Below are positions 46,830-56,553 of a stretch of DNA of 61,900 bases, piece after piece; within the stretch, counting starts at the first letter, position 1; each line of letters begins with the position of its first letter. The translations under genes were made by a program, and so were the position numbers. The notes beneath the pieces are model-generated. The model saw nothing but the letters and a program-made list of their open reading frames with translations. It was not told the DNA's origin and did no database searches. The DNA comes from an uncultured Clostridia bacterium. Lineage in GTDB: Bacteria > Bacillota > Clostridia > Christensenellales > CAG-314. The stretch is from contig CAKQXG010000001.1 of the NCBI GenBank assembly GCA_934281515.1, positions 1 to 61,900 of the forward strand, in the 5' to 3' direction.

Positions 46830-47600
46830 TTATGCCATAAATTCGTTAGCAAGCACATTGCGGTCGACAAGCGACATACAATGCTCGCGCGCATACTCCA
46901 CAGCCGTTGTGTCGAAGTAAATGTTGGTAAGCACCATTGCATTGTTGACGGGATAGTGTTTGCGACCTTGGTCAACTACGGCGATATCGTCGCGTCCGAG
47001 CAAACGTGTGGCAAGCACAACGCCAACGGCGATTGCGGTACCATTCTTTTCTACAACCATGTCTACACAGTAGTTGTCCATGACCGGGGTCAACTTGACG
47101 GAGTATCCCTTGCGACTGAACAAACGCGCAACATACACAACAAACTGCGTTTTGTCCATCTTGGCAATCTGGTCAAATTTTTCGTCAATAGTTTGCTTGT
47201 CGCCCATATTGACAAACTTGTACGCTTCCATTGCAGGCACGTAGACAATCGGTCCGTTGTTGGTTGCAGTCAGTTGTTCGACGTCTCCGACCTGTGTAGC
47301 TTGCACTTCGGTAGTTTTGTCATCGGATTTCTTGTTTGCTTCCGCCTTCAAAGCCTTGTCGATCTTGCTTATCTTTACGGCGCAGACAATTACCGACAAC
47401 AACCCTATAAACAGAAATACGCCGCCGAAAACAAGAATGATTGTTCGTACACTCTCCGCATAGACATAGTCCAGCCTGTCTATCGGTTTAAAGTAGCCGA
47501 AACGCGACCATGCCCACACAACTAACCCGGCAATGCCTGCAAACAGGCACAAAATTGCAAAGAACGATTTAAACCGCAAAGCTGCTTTTTGCTTTTTCAT
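46830..47600 (-). CDS. membrane-anchored protein with a C-terminal Mrr-type restriction endonuclease-like domain
   Basis: Two TM segments are followed by FVVYVARLFSRKGYSVKLTP...DMVVEKNGTAIAVGV... (PD-(D/E)xK Mrr_cat-like pattern). The start is at MKKQKAAL after GGGGGAG. Confidence 0.55.
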   Translation of the reverse strand: MKKQKAALRFKSFFAILCLFAGIAGLVVWAWSRFGYFKPIDRLDYVYAESVRTIILVFGGVFLFIGLLSVIVCAVKISKIDKALKAEANKKSDDKTTEVQATQVGDVEQLTATNNGPIVYVPAMEAYKFVNMGDKQTIDEKFDQIAKMDKTQFVVYVARLFSRKGYSVKLTPVMDNYCVDMVVEKNGTAIAVGVVLATRLLGRDDIAVVDQGRKHYPVNNAMVLTNIYFDTTAVEYAREHCMSLVDRNVLANEFMA

Positions 47601-47868
47601 ACACTCCCCCTTGCATATTGATGTGGCAATTCGACATCCGGGTACTACGCTACCATACCTGCAAACAAACCACATCATTTCGTTTGTCAACAGTATAACA
47701 CAAAATTTTACACTTGTAAACAGCAAATCAACAAAAAATTGCTATTACTTAACTATTGTATTATGATGCGTGTGAATAAATGTCGAAAACATCCCCAAGT
47801 CAACGTCTTCCACACATAAACAATCGGGGCGATGTCGAAACACCGCCCCTTTTTGCGATAATATGTTG

Positions 47869-48888
47869 CTAGCGTTGCACACGGCCGCTTGCGTCGCCGC
47901 CTGCCAAAGTTTGCACTTCCTTGACGGAAACCATGTTGTAGTCGCCTTCGATGCTGTGCTTGAGTGCGCTTGCCGCCACAGCAAACTCGATTGCCTGTTG
48001 CGATTCGTAATTGTTGCTCATAGCGTAAATCAATCCGCCGCCGAAGCTGTCGCCACCACCCACGCGGTCAACGATACGCAATGCGTACTTTTTGCTGAAA
48101 TAGGCTTGACCGCCTGTATACAGCATGCCCGACCAGTTGTTGTCGCTTGCAGAAATGCTCTCGCGAAGAGTGATTGCCACAGCCTTGAAACCGAACTTAT
48201 CGGTCAGTTGCTTGGCAACGGAAACATAGCCTTCGCGATTGAGTTTGCCTGTTGTAATGTCGGTGTCCGTTGCTTCGATACCGAATACGTCCTTGGCATC
48301 TTCTTCGTTGGCAATACACACGTCGACATACTTGCAAATCTCGCTCATAGTTTCGCAGGCTTGTTCCTTGCTCCACAACTTTTTGCGGAAGTTCAGGTCG
48401 CAGGACACAGTAATACCCATACTATGTGCCGCTTTCACCGCTTTAAGTGTAATTTCCGCAACGTTCTTGCTAAGTGCAGGTGTGATACCCGTAAAGTGGA
48501 ACCACGTTGCGCCTTTAAGAATTCTGTTCCAGTTGAAGTCGCCTTTGCCTGCCATTGCAATCGCACTGTAAGCACGGTCGTAGATAACTTTGCTCGGACG
48601 TTGGCTTGCACCCTTTTCGCAGTAGTAGATACCTACACGCTCGCCACCGCGAACGATAAGGCTTGTATCCACGCCGAATTTGCGCAGACTGTTGATGGCT
48701 GCTTGTCCGATTTCGTGTTCGGGCAATTTGCTTACAAATGCCACGGGCACGCCGTAGTTTGCCAAAGACACAGCAACGTTAGCTTCGGCACCGCCGAATG
48801 TTGCTTCCAAGTTGTCCGACTGCACAAAACGCAAGTATCCTTGCGGTGCAAGTCTCAGCATCAATTCACCAAATGTAATTACTTTCAT
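47869..48888 (-). CDS. kdgK: 2-dehydro-3-deoxygluconokinase (PfkB family)
   Basis: MKVITFGELMLRLAP...FGGAEANVAVSL and the C-terminal DRVGGGDSF motif. Confidence 0.8.
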   Translation of the reverse strand: MKVITFGELMLRLAPQGYLRFVQSDNLEATFGGAEANVAVSLANYGVPVAFVSKLPEHEIGQAAINSLRKFGVDTSLIVRGGERVGIYYCEKGASQRPSKVIYDRAYSAIAMAGKGDFNWNRILKGATWFHFTGITPALSKNVAEITLKAVKAAHSMGITVSCDLNFRKKLWSKEQACETMSEICKYVDVCIANEEDAKDVFGIEATDTDITTGKLNREGYVSVAKQLTDKFGFKAVAITLRESISASDNNWSGMLYTGGQAYFSKKYALRIVDRVGGGDSFGGGLIYAMSNNYESQQAIEFAVAASALKHSIEGDYNMVSVKEVQTLAGGDASGRVQR

Positions 48889-48946
48889 AATTGTTTTCCT
48901 TATTATTTTTTTTCGTTCGGGCAATATTATTTATTTCGTTTATAGT

Positions 48947-49366
48947 CTTGTGCCCATCGAACGAAAAACGCCCCGATTAGGCGACCGAACGACCGAAAAT
49001 GCAAGGTTGGTGGGGACGGATACTCGAACAATGCGCCGTTATGCGCACTTGCAATACTACATCAAGTATTGCTTCATCCACCTACCGACGCCTTGTCCGT
49101 CGTCTACGTCCCCACAACTGCAAAGCACATTTGACGCCGTTAGTTGGGATGATTTTTGTCAAATGGGAGTGCAGTTGTACTTGGATAGTACTACAAGCGA
49201 GCATTTGATAAGCTGTTTTTGCGTAAAAGCGCCCAACTAACGTCGTCAAATGCTTACATTTTCGGTCGCTCGGTCGCCAACCCTTCAGTCGGAGCAATGC
49301 AATCAACCTAAATGAAATTTCCCAGCCGCGCCCTCCTTCCGAGGTTTTCTTGTCGATGCACACAAG
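48947..49366 (-). other. structured non-coding element A: conserved core closed by a 14-bp stem and carrying a nested-hairpin insertion of about 300 nt
   Basis: Pairings seen in the sequence: 48947-48960 with 49353-49366 (13 of 14). 48980-49001 with 49257-49278 (21 of 22). 49125-49148 with 49232-49253. 49007-49018 with 49107-49117. Core blocks are shared with 59273-59393. Strand is assigned from the flanking operon only. Confidence 0.5.
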
Positions 49367-49621
49367 CCTTAAATTTTCTTTTCGCCCGAACATCAAACCA
49401 ACTGCTTTTTCTCAAAACAATCCACCCTCACGGGGCGACGTTAGTGTGATTAAGCGGTCAAGAACGTCGTAACACACGAGGTCGCAAAACACTATTAAAC
49501 TCAACCTAAATCTTACTGCAAGGCGAGGTCGGAGCTTGCGTCAGATAGCCACAACAGGCGAAGCGTGTGTTGAGGTAATGTACTACAACGTACATGACGA
49601 AACTACGCTAGCACGTAGTAG

Positions 49622-50203
49622 CTAGATGATGCGAGATACAACCTCGCAAATTTGTTTGCAATTCTCAACCACATTACCCTTCATCATAAAACTACCGCCA
49701 ACGGCGTAGATTTTGTCAAAATACAGAAACTCGGCAAGGTTGTCGAGGTTCACGCCGCCCGTCGGAATAAACCTGACTTGTGGGAACGGTCCCGACAACG
49801 CTTTAAGGGCGGACAAACCGCCGTACACGTTGGCAGGGAAAAACTTGACCACGTCAATGCCCAACTCCAACGCTTGCATGATTTCCGTCGGGGTTACGCA
49901 ACCGGGATAGTAGGGCAACTTGTTGACCTTGCACACGTTGGCAACGTCTACAGATAGCCCCGGCGACACGATAAACTTAGCTCCGGCCTCCACCGCCGCT
50001 TCGGCTTGTTCGCCGTTGATGACCGTGCCTGCGCCGATGTTCATGTCGGGAAACAACTTTACGCCAAGCGCAATCGCTTCGCGTGCGCACGCCGTACGGA
50101 AGGTAATTTCCGCCGTGTCGATACCGCCGTCACGCAACGCTTGCAGCGTAGCCTCGGTATCTTCCAAATTTTTTATTACTACTACGGGTATCACTTTGTC
50201 CAT
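49622..50203 (-). CDS. eda: 2-dehydro-3-deoxyphosphogluconate (KDPG) aldolase
   Basis: MDKVIPVVVIKN...AEITFRT...GAGTV...FIVSPG pattern. The start follows GAGGT. Confidence 0.8.
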   Translation of the reverse strand: MDKVIPVVVIKNLEDTEATLQALRDGGIDTAEITFRTACAREAIALGVKLFPDMNIGAGTVINGEQAEAAVEAGAKFIVSPGLSVDVANVCKVNKLPYYPGCVTPTEIMQALELGIDVVKFFPANVYGGLSALKALSGPFPQVRFIPTGGVNLDNLAEFLYFDKIYAVGGSFMMKGNVVENCKQICEVVSRII

Positions 50204-50304
50204 AATATACCTCAAAAAAATCAAATTGTTGTGCGCTTACAAATGCGCATATCTCCTACCGCGGCATGCACGCCATCGGTTGTCAATACACACGATAGAT
50301 GTTA

Positions 50305-51147
50305 TTACACACCCGAGTATGCACTAAATCCGCCGTCGATAGGCACCACTACGCCCGTAATAAAGGACGCCGCTTCACTGCTGAGCAACAACAACGTTGC
50401 GCCTGTCAATTCGGAGAAGTCGCCGAAACGTCCCATCGGTGTTGCGGCAAGAATCTTTGCCGTGCGTGCCGTTGGAGTGCCGTCCTCGTTGAACAGTAGC
50501 GACTTGTTTTGCGCCGACACAAAGAAACCGGGAGCAATGGCATTGACGCGGATACCCACCTTGGAGAAGTGCACAGCCAACCACTGCGTAAAGTTGCTGA
50601 TTGCTGCCTTGGCACCGCTGTAAGCGGGTATTTTGGTAAGCGGAGTGTAGGCGTTCATGCTGCTGATGTTGAGAATACTGCAACCTTGTTTGCCGATCAT
50701 ATCCTTGGCAAACACCTGCGTAGGCAAAAATGTGCCTGTAAAGTTAAGCCCGAACACAAACTCCACGCCCTTTTGATCAAGGCTGAAGAAGTCGCCCTCT
50801 ACGCTTTGTTCGCCTGCGTATTCGTTGACACATGTTGCGCGCGGATTGTTACCGCCTGCACCGTTTATCAGGATGTCAACCGTACCTAGTTCTTCCGTCA
50901 CGGCATTACGTGCCGCAACGATGCTGTTCTTGTCAAGTACGTTGCACTCGTAGGCACGAGCCACAAGTCCCTTGGCAGTCAGGTTGTCGGCAACCTTTTG
51001 CGCAGCCGCCTTGTTGAGATCCAACAGTGCAACCTTGGCTCCGTTTTGCGCAATCGCATCGGCAAGACCGCCGCAAATTACGCCGCCCGCACCGGTAATA
51101 ACAACCACTTTGTCTTTCAAATCTTTTACTTCAAACGGTATTTTCAT
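50305..51147 (-). CDS. SDR-family oxidoreductase, probably the D-mannonate/fructuronate-type reductase of the hexuronate pathway
   Basis: VVVITGAGGVICG (TGxxxGxG). Its position between uxuA and eda supports the pathway role. Confidence 0.65.
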   Translation of the reverse strand: MKIPFEVKDLKDKVVVITGAGGVICGGLADAIAQNGAKVALLDLNKAAAQKVADNLTAKGLVARAYECNVLDKNSIVAARNAVTEELGTVDILINGAGGNNPRATCVNEYAGEQSVEGDFFSLDQKGVEFVFGLNFTGTFLPTQVFAKDMIGKQGCSILNISSMNAYTPLTKIPAYSGAKAAISNFTQWLAVHFSKVGIRVNAIAPGFFVSAQNKSLLFNEDGTPTARTAKILAATPMGRFGDFSELTGATLLLLSSEAASFITGVVVPIDGGFSAYSGV

Positions 51148-51280
51148 GACTATTTCCTTCTTTCTTCCGTTGTTTTGATTTGCCGCACACGGCGACAATT
51201 TTGCCTTGTTTGTTGTTACAATTTGTAGATGTATTTACGTTGTTTTTTTGTCAGTATGTCGACAAAAACACAATACGTAT

Positions 51281-52318
51281 CTAATTTTTTAAATCCTTGG
51301 TTACTGCCTCGAACACACCCGAAAGATATGCTGCGCCAAGTGCGCGGTCATACAATCCGTAGCCGGGTTTAGCGTCCTCGCCCCAGATATTACGCCCGTG
51401 GTCGGGACGTAGGTAACCGTCAAATCCGCCTTCTACAAGAGCCTTGACAATTGCGTAAATATCGACATTGCCGTCTGCGGTTTGGTGACCATTTTCATAG
51501 AAATCCGTATCGTTGGTAAATTTCAGTTGGCGCAAGTGTGCAAAGTAGATACGGCTTGCATACTTGGCTGCCATCTTGGGCAAATCGTTGAAACGTCCCG
51601 CACCAAGACTACCTGTACAAAAAGTGATACCGTTGTGCGGATTGGGTACCGCAGCAAACAACTTGTCGTAGTCGCCTTCTCGTCCTACGATACGGGGCAA
51701 GCCAAAGATATCCCACGGCGGATCGTCGGGGTGTATTGCCATGTTGATGCCCGTTTCGTCGCATGCAGGCATAATTCCGTTAAGGAAGTACACCAAATTG
51801 TCAAACAATTGCTCGTGAGTCATGCCCTCGTAGTCGGCAAGAAGTCCGTTAAGTTGGTCGGGGGTGTAACTTTCGTCCCAACCGGGCAAACGCAGATTGC
51901 GTTTGTCAAGCTTGTTGAAGTCTGCCTCGCTGTAACTAAGGCTTGTCGCGCCGTTGTCGTGCTTGTAGTACAAGTTGGTGCGAAACCAGTCAAACACGGG
52001 CATAAAGTTGTAGCAAATGCACTTTACGCCGTACTTGCCAAGGTTGCGTATATTTTGCGCGTAGTTGGCAATCAGTTTATCTCGCGTGGGTTTGCCAAGT
52101 TTGATGTCCTCGTGCACCGGCACCGACTCGATAACTTCCATTGCCAGTCCTTGCTCGTCACACAGCTGTTTGAGGCGAGCAATTTTGTCGCAGTCCCACA
52201 CTTCGCCGACAGGCACGTCGTACACGGCGGTAACAACGCCCGTCATTCCGGGAATCTGCTTGATGTAACTAAGCGGTATGCAGTCCTTTTCGCCATACCA
52301 TCTAAAAGTCAATTTCAC
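51281..52318 (-). CDS. uxuA: mannonate dehydratase
   Basis: MKLTFRWYGEKD... N-terminus and the overall length are typical of UxuA. Confidence 0.8.
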   Translation of the reverse strand: MKLTFRWYGEKDCIPLSYIKQIPGMTGVVTAVYDVPVGEVWDCDKIARLKQLCDEQGLAMEVIESVPVHEDIKLGKPTRDKLIANYAQNIRNLGKYGVKCICYNFMPVFDWFRTNLYYKHDNGATSLSYSEADFNKLDKRNLRLPGWDESYTPDQLNGLLADYEGMTHEQLFDNLVYFLNGIMPACDETGINMAIHPDDPPWDIFGLPRIVGREGDYDKLFAAVPNPHNGITFCTGSLGAGRFNDLPKMAAKYASRIYFAHLRQLKFTNDTDFYENGHQTADGNVDIYAIVKALVEGGFDGYLRPDHGRNIWGEDAKPGYGLYDRALGAAYLSGVFEAVTKDLKN

Positions 52319-52404
52319 CGTAATTCTCCAAAATCTGTCATTAGTTTTGCCTTGTTTTGTGTCAGTATTTGCTCGCAGTCGGCATTGCCGAAATTGCGCA
52401 AATA

Positions 52405-53415
52405 TCAGTTGGAAGTATACGCCAGCGAGATATCGAACTTGTCTGCCAACGTTACATCTTCGCCAAGCTTAAAAGGCTTGCATTCGGGGTATTTGCCGGA
52501 TGCAAAATATTTTGCGGTGTTTACGCCTGCGTCATAGCCTGCCACGTTGTAGATACCCTGATGAAAATGCGGATCGTCACGCATGTTCAACGGCACGTTG
52601 CGAAACTTGACCGACACCAGTACGCAATTGTTAGTTGTCTGTCCGCAATAGGCAATCATGTCGTTTGCCAACGTTTGCTTGTTGGCGTTTATTGCATTGT
52701 TTGCGTACTCGCTGTGAGTGATTACAAAACAATTGCTTACGCCGTAGTTGTTGCCAAGGTCGGCAAGTCCGTCCACCATCAGTTGAACTGCGGCAAAGTA
52801 CTCGAAGCCGTCATTGACATATTTGTTAGCGTCCTTTTCGCCCTGACACCATGCCATAAACACACGATTGACCTTGTATTCGTTGGCGGTAAGGTAGTCG
52901 ATTGCGCCAATAAGTCTGCGTTTTGCTTCGTCGAAATAGGCAAAATTCGTATCGGCATAGGGACTGCCTTGAGGTTGCCACTGCATTACCGACGTCGCAC
53001 CTACGCTTGCAGACACGCACACAAGGGGCGTTTTCGTCTGCTCGTAGTAGCCTTCGACAAAGGCAGATATCAAACTGCCCGACTTCTTGCCGTCGCCGTT
53101 CTGTCCCACATCCTGCAACGCTTCATTGTTCTCCGTCGCGCCGAACGGTTCCTGCACGGGGTACAGTTTGGACGGGTCGGACACGGCGCGAAACTCGTAA
53201 CCGCGCCCTTCGCCGACCACGACAGAATCTTGCGCTTCGCCGCGCCCTGCCATGTTGGACTGTCCCATAAAGATACATACGTCAACTTTTTTGTCATCCT
53301 TGTTGTCGGTGTCGGGTGTCACATCGTCGCACCCGACAAGGACAAACAGGCTAAAAGCACAGCAAAAAGCCAATACGTATGCAAAAATTCGCTTCAAAAA
53401 AGTTTGATTCATCAT
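52405..53415 (-). CDS. lipoprotein, sialate O-acetylesterase-like (SGNH/DUF303) carbohydrate esterase
   Basis: Lipobox LVGC. GQSNMAGRG is the block-I Ser motif. Confidence 0.65.
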   Translation of the reverse strand: MMNQTFLKRIFAYVLAFCCAFSLFVLVGCDDVTPDTDNKDDKKVDVCIFMGQSNMAGRGEAQDSVVVGEGRGYEFRAVSDPSKLYPVQEPFGATENNEALQDVGQNGDGKKSGSLISAFVEGYYEQTKTPLVCVSASVGATSVMQWQPQGSPYADTNFAYFDEAKRRLIGAIDYLTANEYKVNRVFMAWCQGEKDANKYVNDGFEYFAAVQLMVDGLADLGNNYGVSNCFVITHSEYANNAINANKQTLANDMIAYCGQTTNNCVLVSVKFRNVPLNMRDDPHFHQGIYNVAGYDAGVNTAKYFASGKYPECKPFKLGEDVTLADKFDISLAYTSN

Positions 53416-53427
53416 TGCACCTCGTTG

Positions 53428-56400
53428 CTAAGCTTTCTTGCGTAGCAGCAGTCTTGATACCACTACAAAAGCAACGCTTGCGGCAAGCAGCACATACCCT
53501 GCAATGGTAGCAACCTTGATTGCCGTCTGCCATGCCGGGGTCACATTGACAACCACCATGTCGCTTGTCATCATGTTCATTGCGCTACTACGTGCGACAA
53601 CATACAGTATACGGTGCGCCGCATCGCGCATCTGCCAGGCAAACTTGCCGTAGCCTTGTCCGTATGCGTTAAAGTCGTTTGTAACTCCGTCGTAGGTTTT
53701 GTTGCTTGCAACAACCGTACCGTCGGGCAGATCGTTGCCGTACATCACGCCTGCGATGGGATTCATGTAGGCGTTTTTCTCCACCTTGGTGTAGAAGTCG
53801 CTGATGACAAATCCGTTCATGCCCAGTTCGCCGCGCAGTACGGTGTTGCAGAAGCCTTGTGCACTGCTCCATCTTGTGCCCATACGGTTGAGACCGGTCA
53901 TTACGCCCATCATCTTCATTTCGTCGCCGAAGCGAATACACAACTCAATCGGCATCAGGTACAGTTCTCTGATTGTCTGTTCGTTTGCCCAGGTTGCTCC
54001 TGCATGACGGTTGGTTTCCTGCTCGTTCAGCAACGCGTGTTTAAGTATCACAAACACACCTTTGCTTTGCGTGCCCTTGACTTCTGCCGCACATGCCATA
54101 CCCGTCAGATAACCGTCTTCGCTGTAATACTCGAAGTTACGTCCGCAGTATGCTCCGCGGTGCAGGTTGACGCCGTAGCCATAAATGCCCGACAGTCCTG
54201 CCCACAAGCTCTCTTCGCCGATTTGTTCGCCAAGGCGCTCGGCAAGTTCGGTGTTGAACGTACTTGCCACAAGTCCGTTGCAGCAGAAGAAGTTGGGATA
54301 TTCTTCTACGCCGCCCTTTACCTTGGCAAAACCTTCAAACGCCGCGCCGCTGTTGTTAAAGCCGTAGTTACTGTTATTGATGTCGTCGCCGGGAACGGGT
54401 CCCACTGCGCCGTTAAACTGAACCGTCTTGGGTGCGCTGATGGACTCGATAGACTCCGTCAGGCGCAAACCGTTACTCAAAAATGCGCACAACTCGTCCC
54501 ACGTGACGTTGTCCATCAGTTCTTCCCACAAGGGGTTGTCGTAGTCAATCAGATTGCCTTCTTCGTCGGCGCGTAGCAGTACCAACATCTTACCGTTGCT
54601 CTCGCCGATGGAGGGATACTCCACATCGTCCTGTTGCGGAACGGGGGTTTTGTGATCCTCTGCAAGTTGTTCGGTAGCGGTAAGGCTGACCGTCTTTGCC
54701 GTGGTGCCTTCCCAATCGATACGGGTCGTATACACCTGCGCACGTTCGTCGTCACTGAAACCTTCGTACAAACGGTAGTCAACGTTGTCAAATTGATTGG
54801 TGATTTTGTCCACGCCGTAGTTGGCGATTTCGCCGTCGTAGCGTGCCTTGAAATTGGCGTTTGCCGCCTTGATTGTGTCGTTGGTGGCGTACTTGGTGTT
54901 GTTAAACTCTATGTGAGTGCTCCACACCGCCGCACTGTTGCCGTCGCCGTCCATACGACTGTTAGTCGCCTTGGTGACGCCCTTTGCGGCAAGAATGTTG
55001 TTTACCGCCCGATGCGCACCGTCGGCAACGGTCAGGTAGTACAGGTCGCTTGCGCTCGACGAGCCTATGACGTAAGTTTTGGCATAGTTGGCATCGTAGC
55101 TTGCAAACATGCGCTCGGACACGGTAAGTGTAAGCACATCGCTCTCGCCGCCCTTCAGAGTCTTTGTCTTGCCGTATGCAACAAGTTCCACTGCCGCCTT
55201 TTCGATGCCGTGTTCCTTGTCGTACTGCGTGTATGGCTTTTGCAGATACACCTGCACTACGTGTTTTGCCGCAACCGTACCTGTGTTCTTTACCGTGACG
55301 GTAAGATTGTAACTGACGGAGTTATCCTTGTTGATAAAGTGTTCCACGTTGTCAAGCGTGGTGTCAAACTGCGTGTAGCTTAGTCCGTAGCCGAACGGAT
55401 AGGCAACCGTGCTGCCGTAGTTAAACTCTCCCACATTGTCGACATTGTTGACATAGTCCTCGTAGCGTGTTTCGGTGTAACGGTAGCCGTTGTAGATACC
55501 TTCCTGATAGGCGACATAAGTGCGGTTGCAGTCGTCGCGCAAACCTTGCAACACGCTGCTGTTTTCGTACTCGTAGTTGCCGTAATTAGTCATTACCGGG
55601 TTGAGATCGTTGTCCGTCCAGTAGGTATCGGACAGTTTGCCCGACGGAGCAATTTCACCCGTCAGTACGCGCCCGATAGCCTTGGTACCCGTGGAACCGA
55701 CCATGCCGCACCACAATACTGCGTCAACGCCGTAGTCGGGATTGTCGGCAAAGTCGCAAGCAACGGGATTTGCCGAGTTGAGCAACACTACGATCTTGCC
55801 TATAGTTCCGTTGCTCTTGAGCTTTTTAAGGTTGGCAAGCACATCACGTTCATTTGCGCCGAGTTTAAGGTAATCGGTGCTTTCGTTGTGCGTAAAGTCT
55901 GCGTTTTCGCCGCCGTTACGAGATACGACAAGTATTGCCGCGTCGCTCTTGACGCTTGCGTCGGATGGCAATGCGCTCCACGGAGCGTCCTTTAACGTAA
56001 ATGTCGCGCTTTGATCACGGTTGCCGATAAGGTAACTATACTTGGTGCCGTTGACGTCCTTTATTTTACCTTGCCAATACTCGGTGTGTTGGATGTACCA
56101 GTTCCACAAGCCCTCGTTCACTTTCAAGCCGCTTGATTCCAATCCGTCCTTCAGATTGACGGCGTTTTTGGCTACGTTTTCCGTAAGGTTACTGCTCGAT
56201 CCGCTGCCTGCATGCACAAAAGTTACACTGTTTGCGCTGTACAAGCTGACGCTTTGACCACTTGAAAGGGGTAAAGCGTTGTTTTCATTTTTAAGCAATA
56301 CCATGCCTTCGGCAACGGTTTCTTCGTTTATCGCTTCGCTTGCGTTGCGCAACTCTACAACGCTGTCGTACTTGGTGTCGTAGTAGTTGACGGGTTCGGC

Positions 56401-56553
56401 GTCGCCCTTTTTGACAATCTTTTGCGTGGACGCGCCCAAAAACGAGTTGATTGCGCTTGCGTTGGCATTGGCGATTGCGCCGCCCACGGTAAGCAAACCC
56501 ACAAGCACGGCAAGTACGTTACAAATGATTTTTGACAAAAGTTTGGTTTTCAT
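53428..56553 (-). CDS. glycoside hydrolase family 3, domain-permuted, N- and C-terminally membrane-anchored (paralog of 16730-19807)
   Basis: It has the same architecture as the first copy. LLKNENNALPLS. An Fn3-like segment reads VTVKNTGTVAAKHVVQVYL. The nucleophile-type motif GFVISDFY lies near the C-terminus. There is a C-terminal TM segment. Confidence 0.75.
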   Translation of the reverse strand: MKTKLLSKIICNVLAVLVGLLTVGGAIANANASAINSFLGASTQKIVKKGDAEPVNYYDTKYDSVVELRNASEAINEETVAEGMVLLKNENNALPLSSGQSVSLYSANSVTFVHAGSGSSSNLTENVAKNAVNLKDGLESSGLKVNEGLWNWYIQHTEYWQGKIKDVNGTKYSYLIGNRDQSATFTLKDAPWSALPSDASVKSDAAILVVSRNGGENADFTHNESTDYLKLGANERDVLANLKKLKSNGTIGKIVVLLNSANPVACDFADNPDYGVDAVLWCGMVGSTGTKAIGRVLTGEIAPSGKLSDTYWTDNDLNPVMTNYGNYEYENSSVLQGLRDDCNRTYVAYQEGIYNGYRYTETRYEDYVNNVDNVGEFNYGSTVAYPFGYGLSYTQFDTTLDNVEHFINKDNSVSYNLTVTVKNTGTVAAKHVVQVYLQKPYTQYDKEHGIEKAAVELVAYGKTKTLKGGESDVLTLTVSERMFASYDANYAKTYVIGSSSASDLYYLTVADGAHRAVNNILAAKGVTKATNSRMDGDGNSAAVWSTHIEFNNTKYATNDTIKAANANFKARYDGEIANYGVDKITNQFDNVDYRLYEGFSDDERAQVYTTRIDWEGTTAKTVSLTATEQLAEDHKTPVPQQDDVEYPSIGESNGKMLVLLRADEEGNLIDYDNPLWEELMDNVTWDELCAFLSNGLRLTESIESISAPKTVQFNGAVGPVPGDDINNSNYGFNNSGAAFEGFAKVKGGVEEYPNFFCCNGLVASTFNTELAERLGEQIGEESLWAGLSGIYGYGVNLHRGAYCGRNFEYYSEDGYLTGMACAAEVKGTQSKGVFVILKHALLNEQETNRHAGATWANEQTIRELYLMPIELCIRFGDEMKMMGVMTGLNRMGTRWSSAQGFCNTVLRGELGMNGFVISDFYTKVEKNAYMNPIAGVMYGNDLPDGTVVASNKTYDGVTNDFNAYGQGYGKFAWQMRDAAHRILYVVARSSAMNMMTSDMVVVNVTPAWQTAIKVATIAGYVLLAASVAFVVVSRLLLRKKA

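Noticed and set aside
47800-47868. Hairpin GGGGCG-loop-CGCCCC downstream of kdgK, considered as its terminator.
   Set aside because: The T run follows the hairpin on the plus strand, not on the minus strand where kdgK is transcribed. The stem is only 6 bp. This is too weak to annotate.
49008-49113. Minus-strand segment GGGGACG...TTCGAGTATCCGTCCCCACCA, resembling a tRNA/tmRNA acceptor stem with a T-loop-like TTCGAGT and a 3' ACCA.
   Set aside because: There is no complementary T stem and no D or anticodon arms. The ACCA is itself base-paired in a 12-bp hairpin (49007-49018 with 49107-49117). No tag-peptide reading frame is present. It is better explained as one of the nested hairpins of element A.
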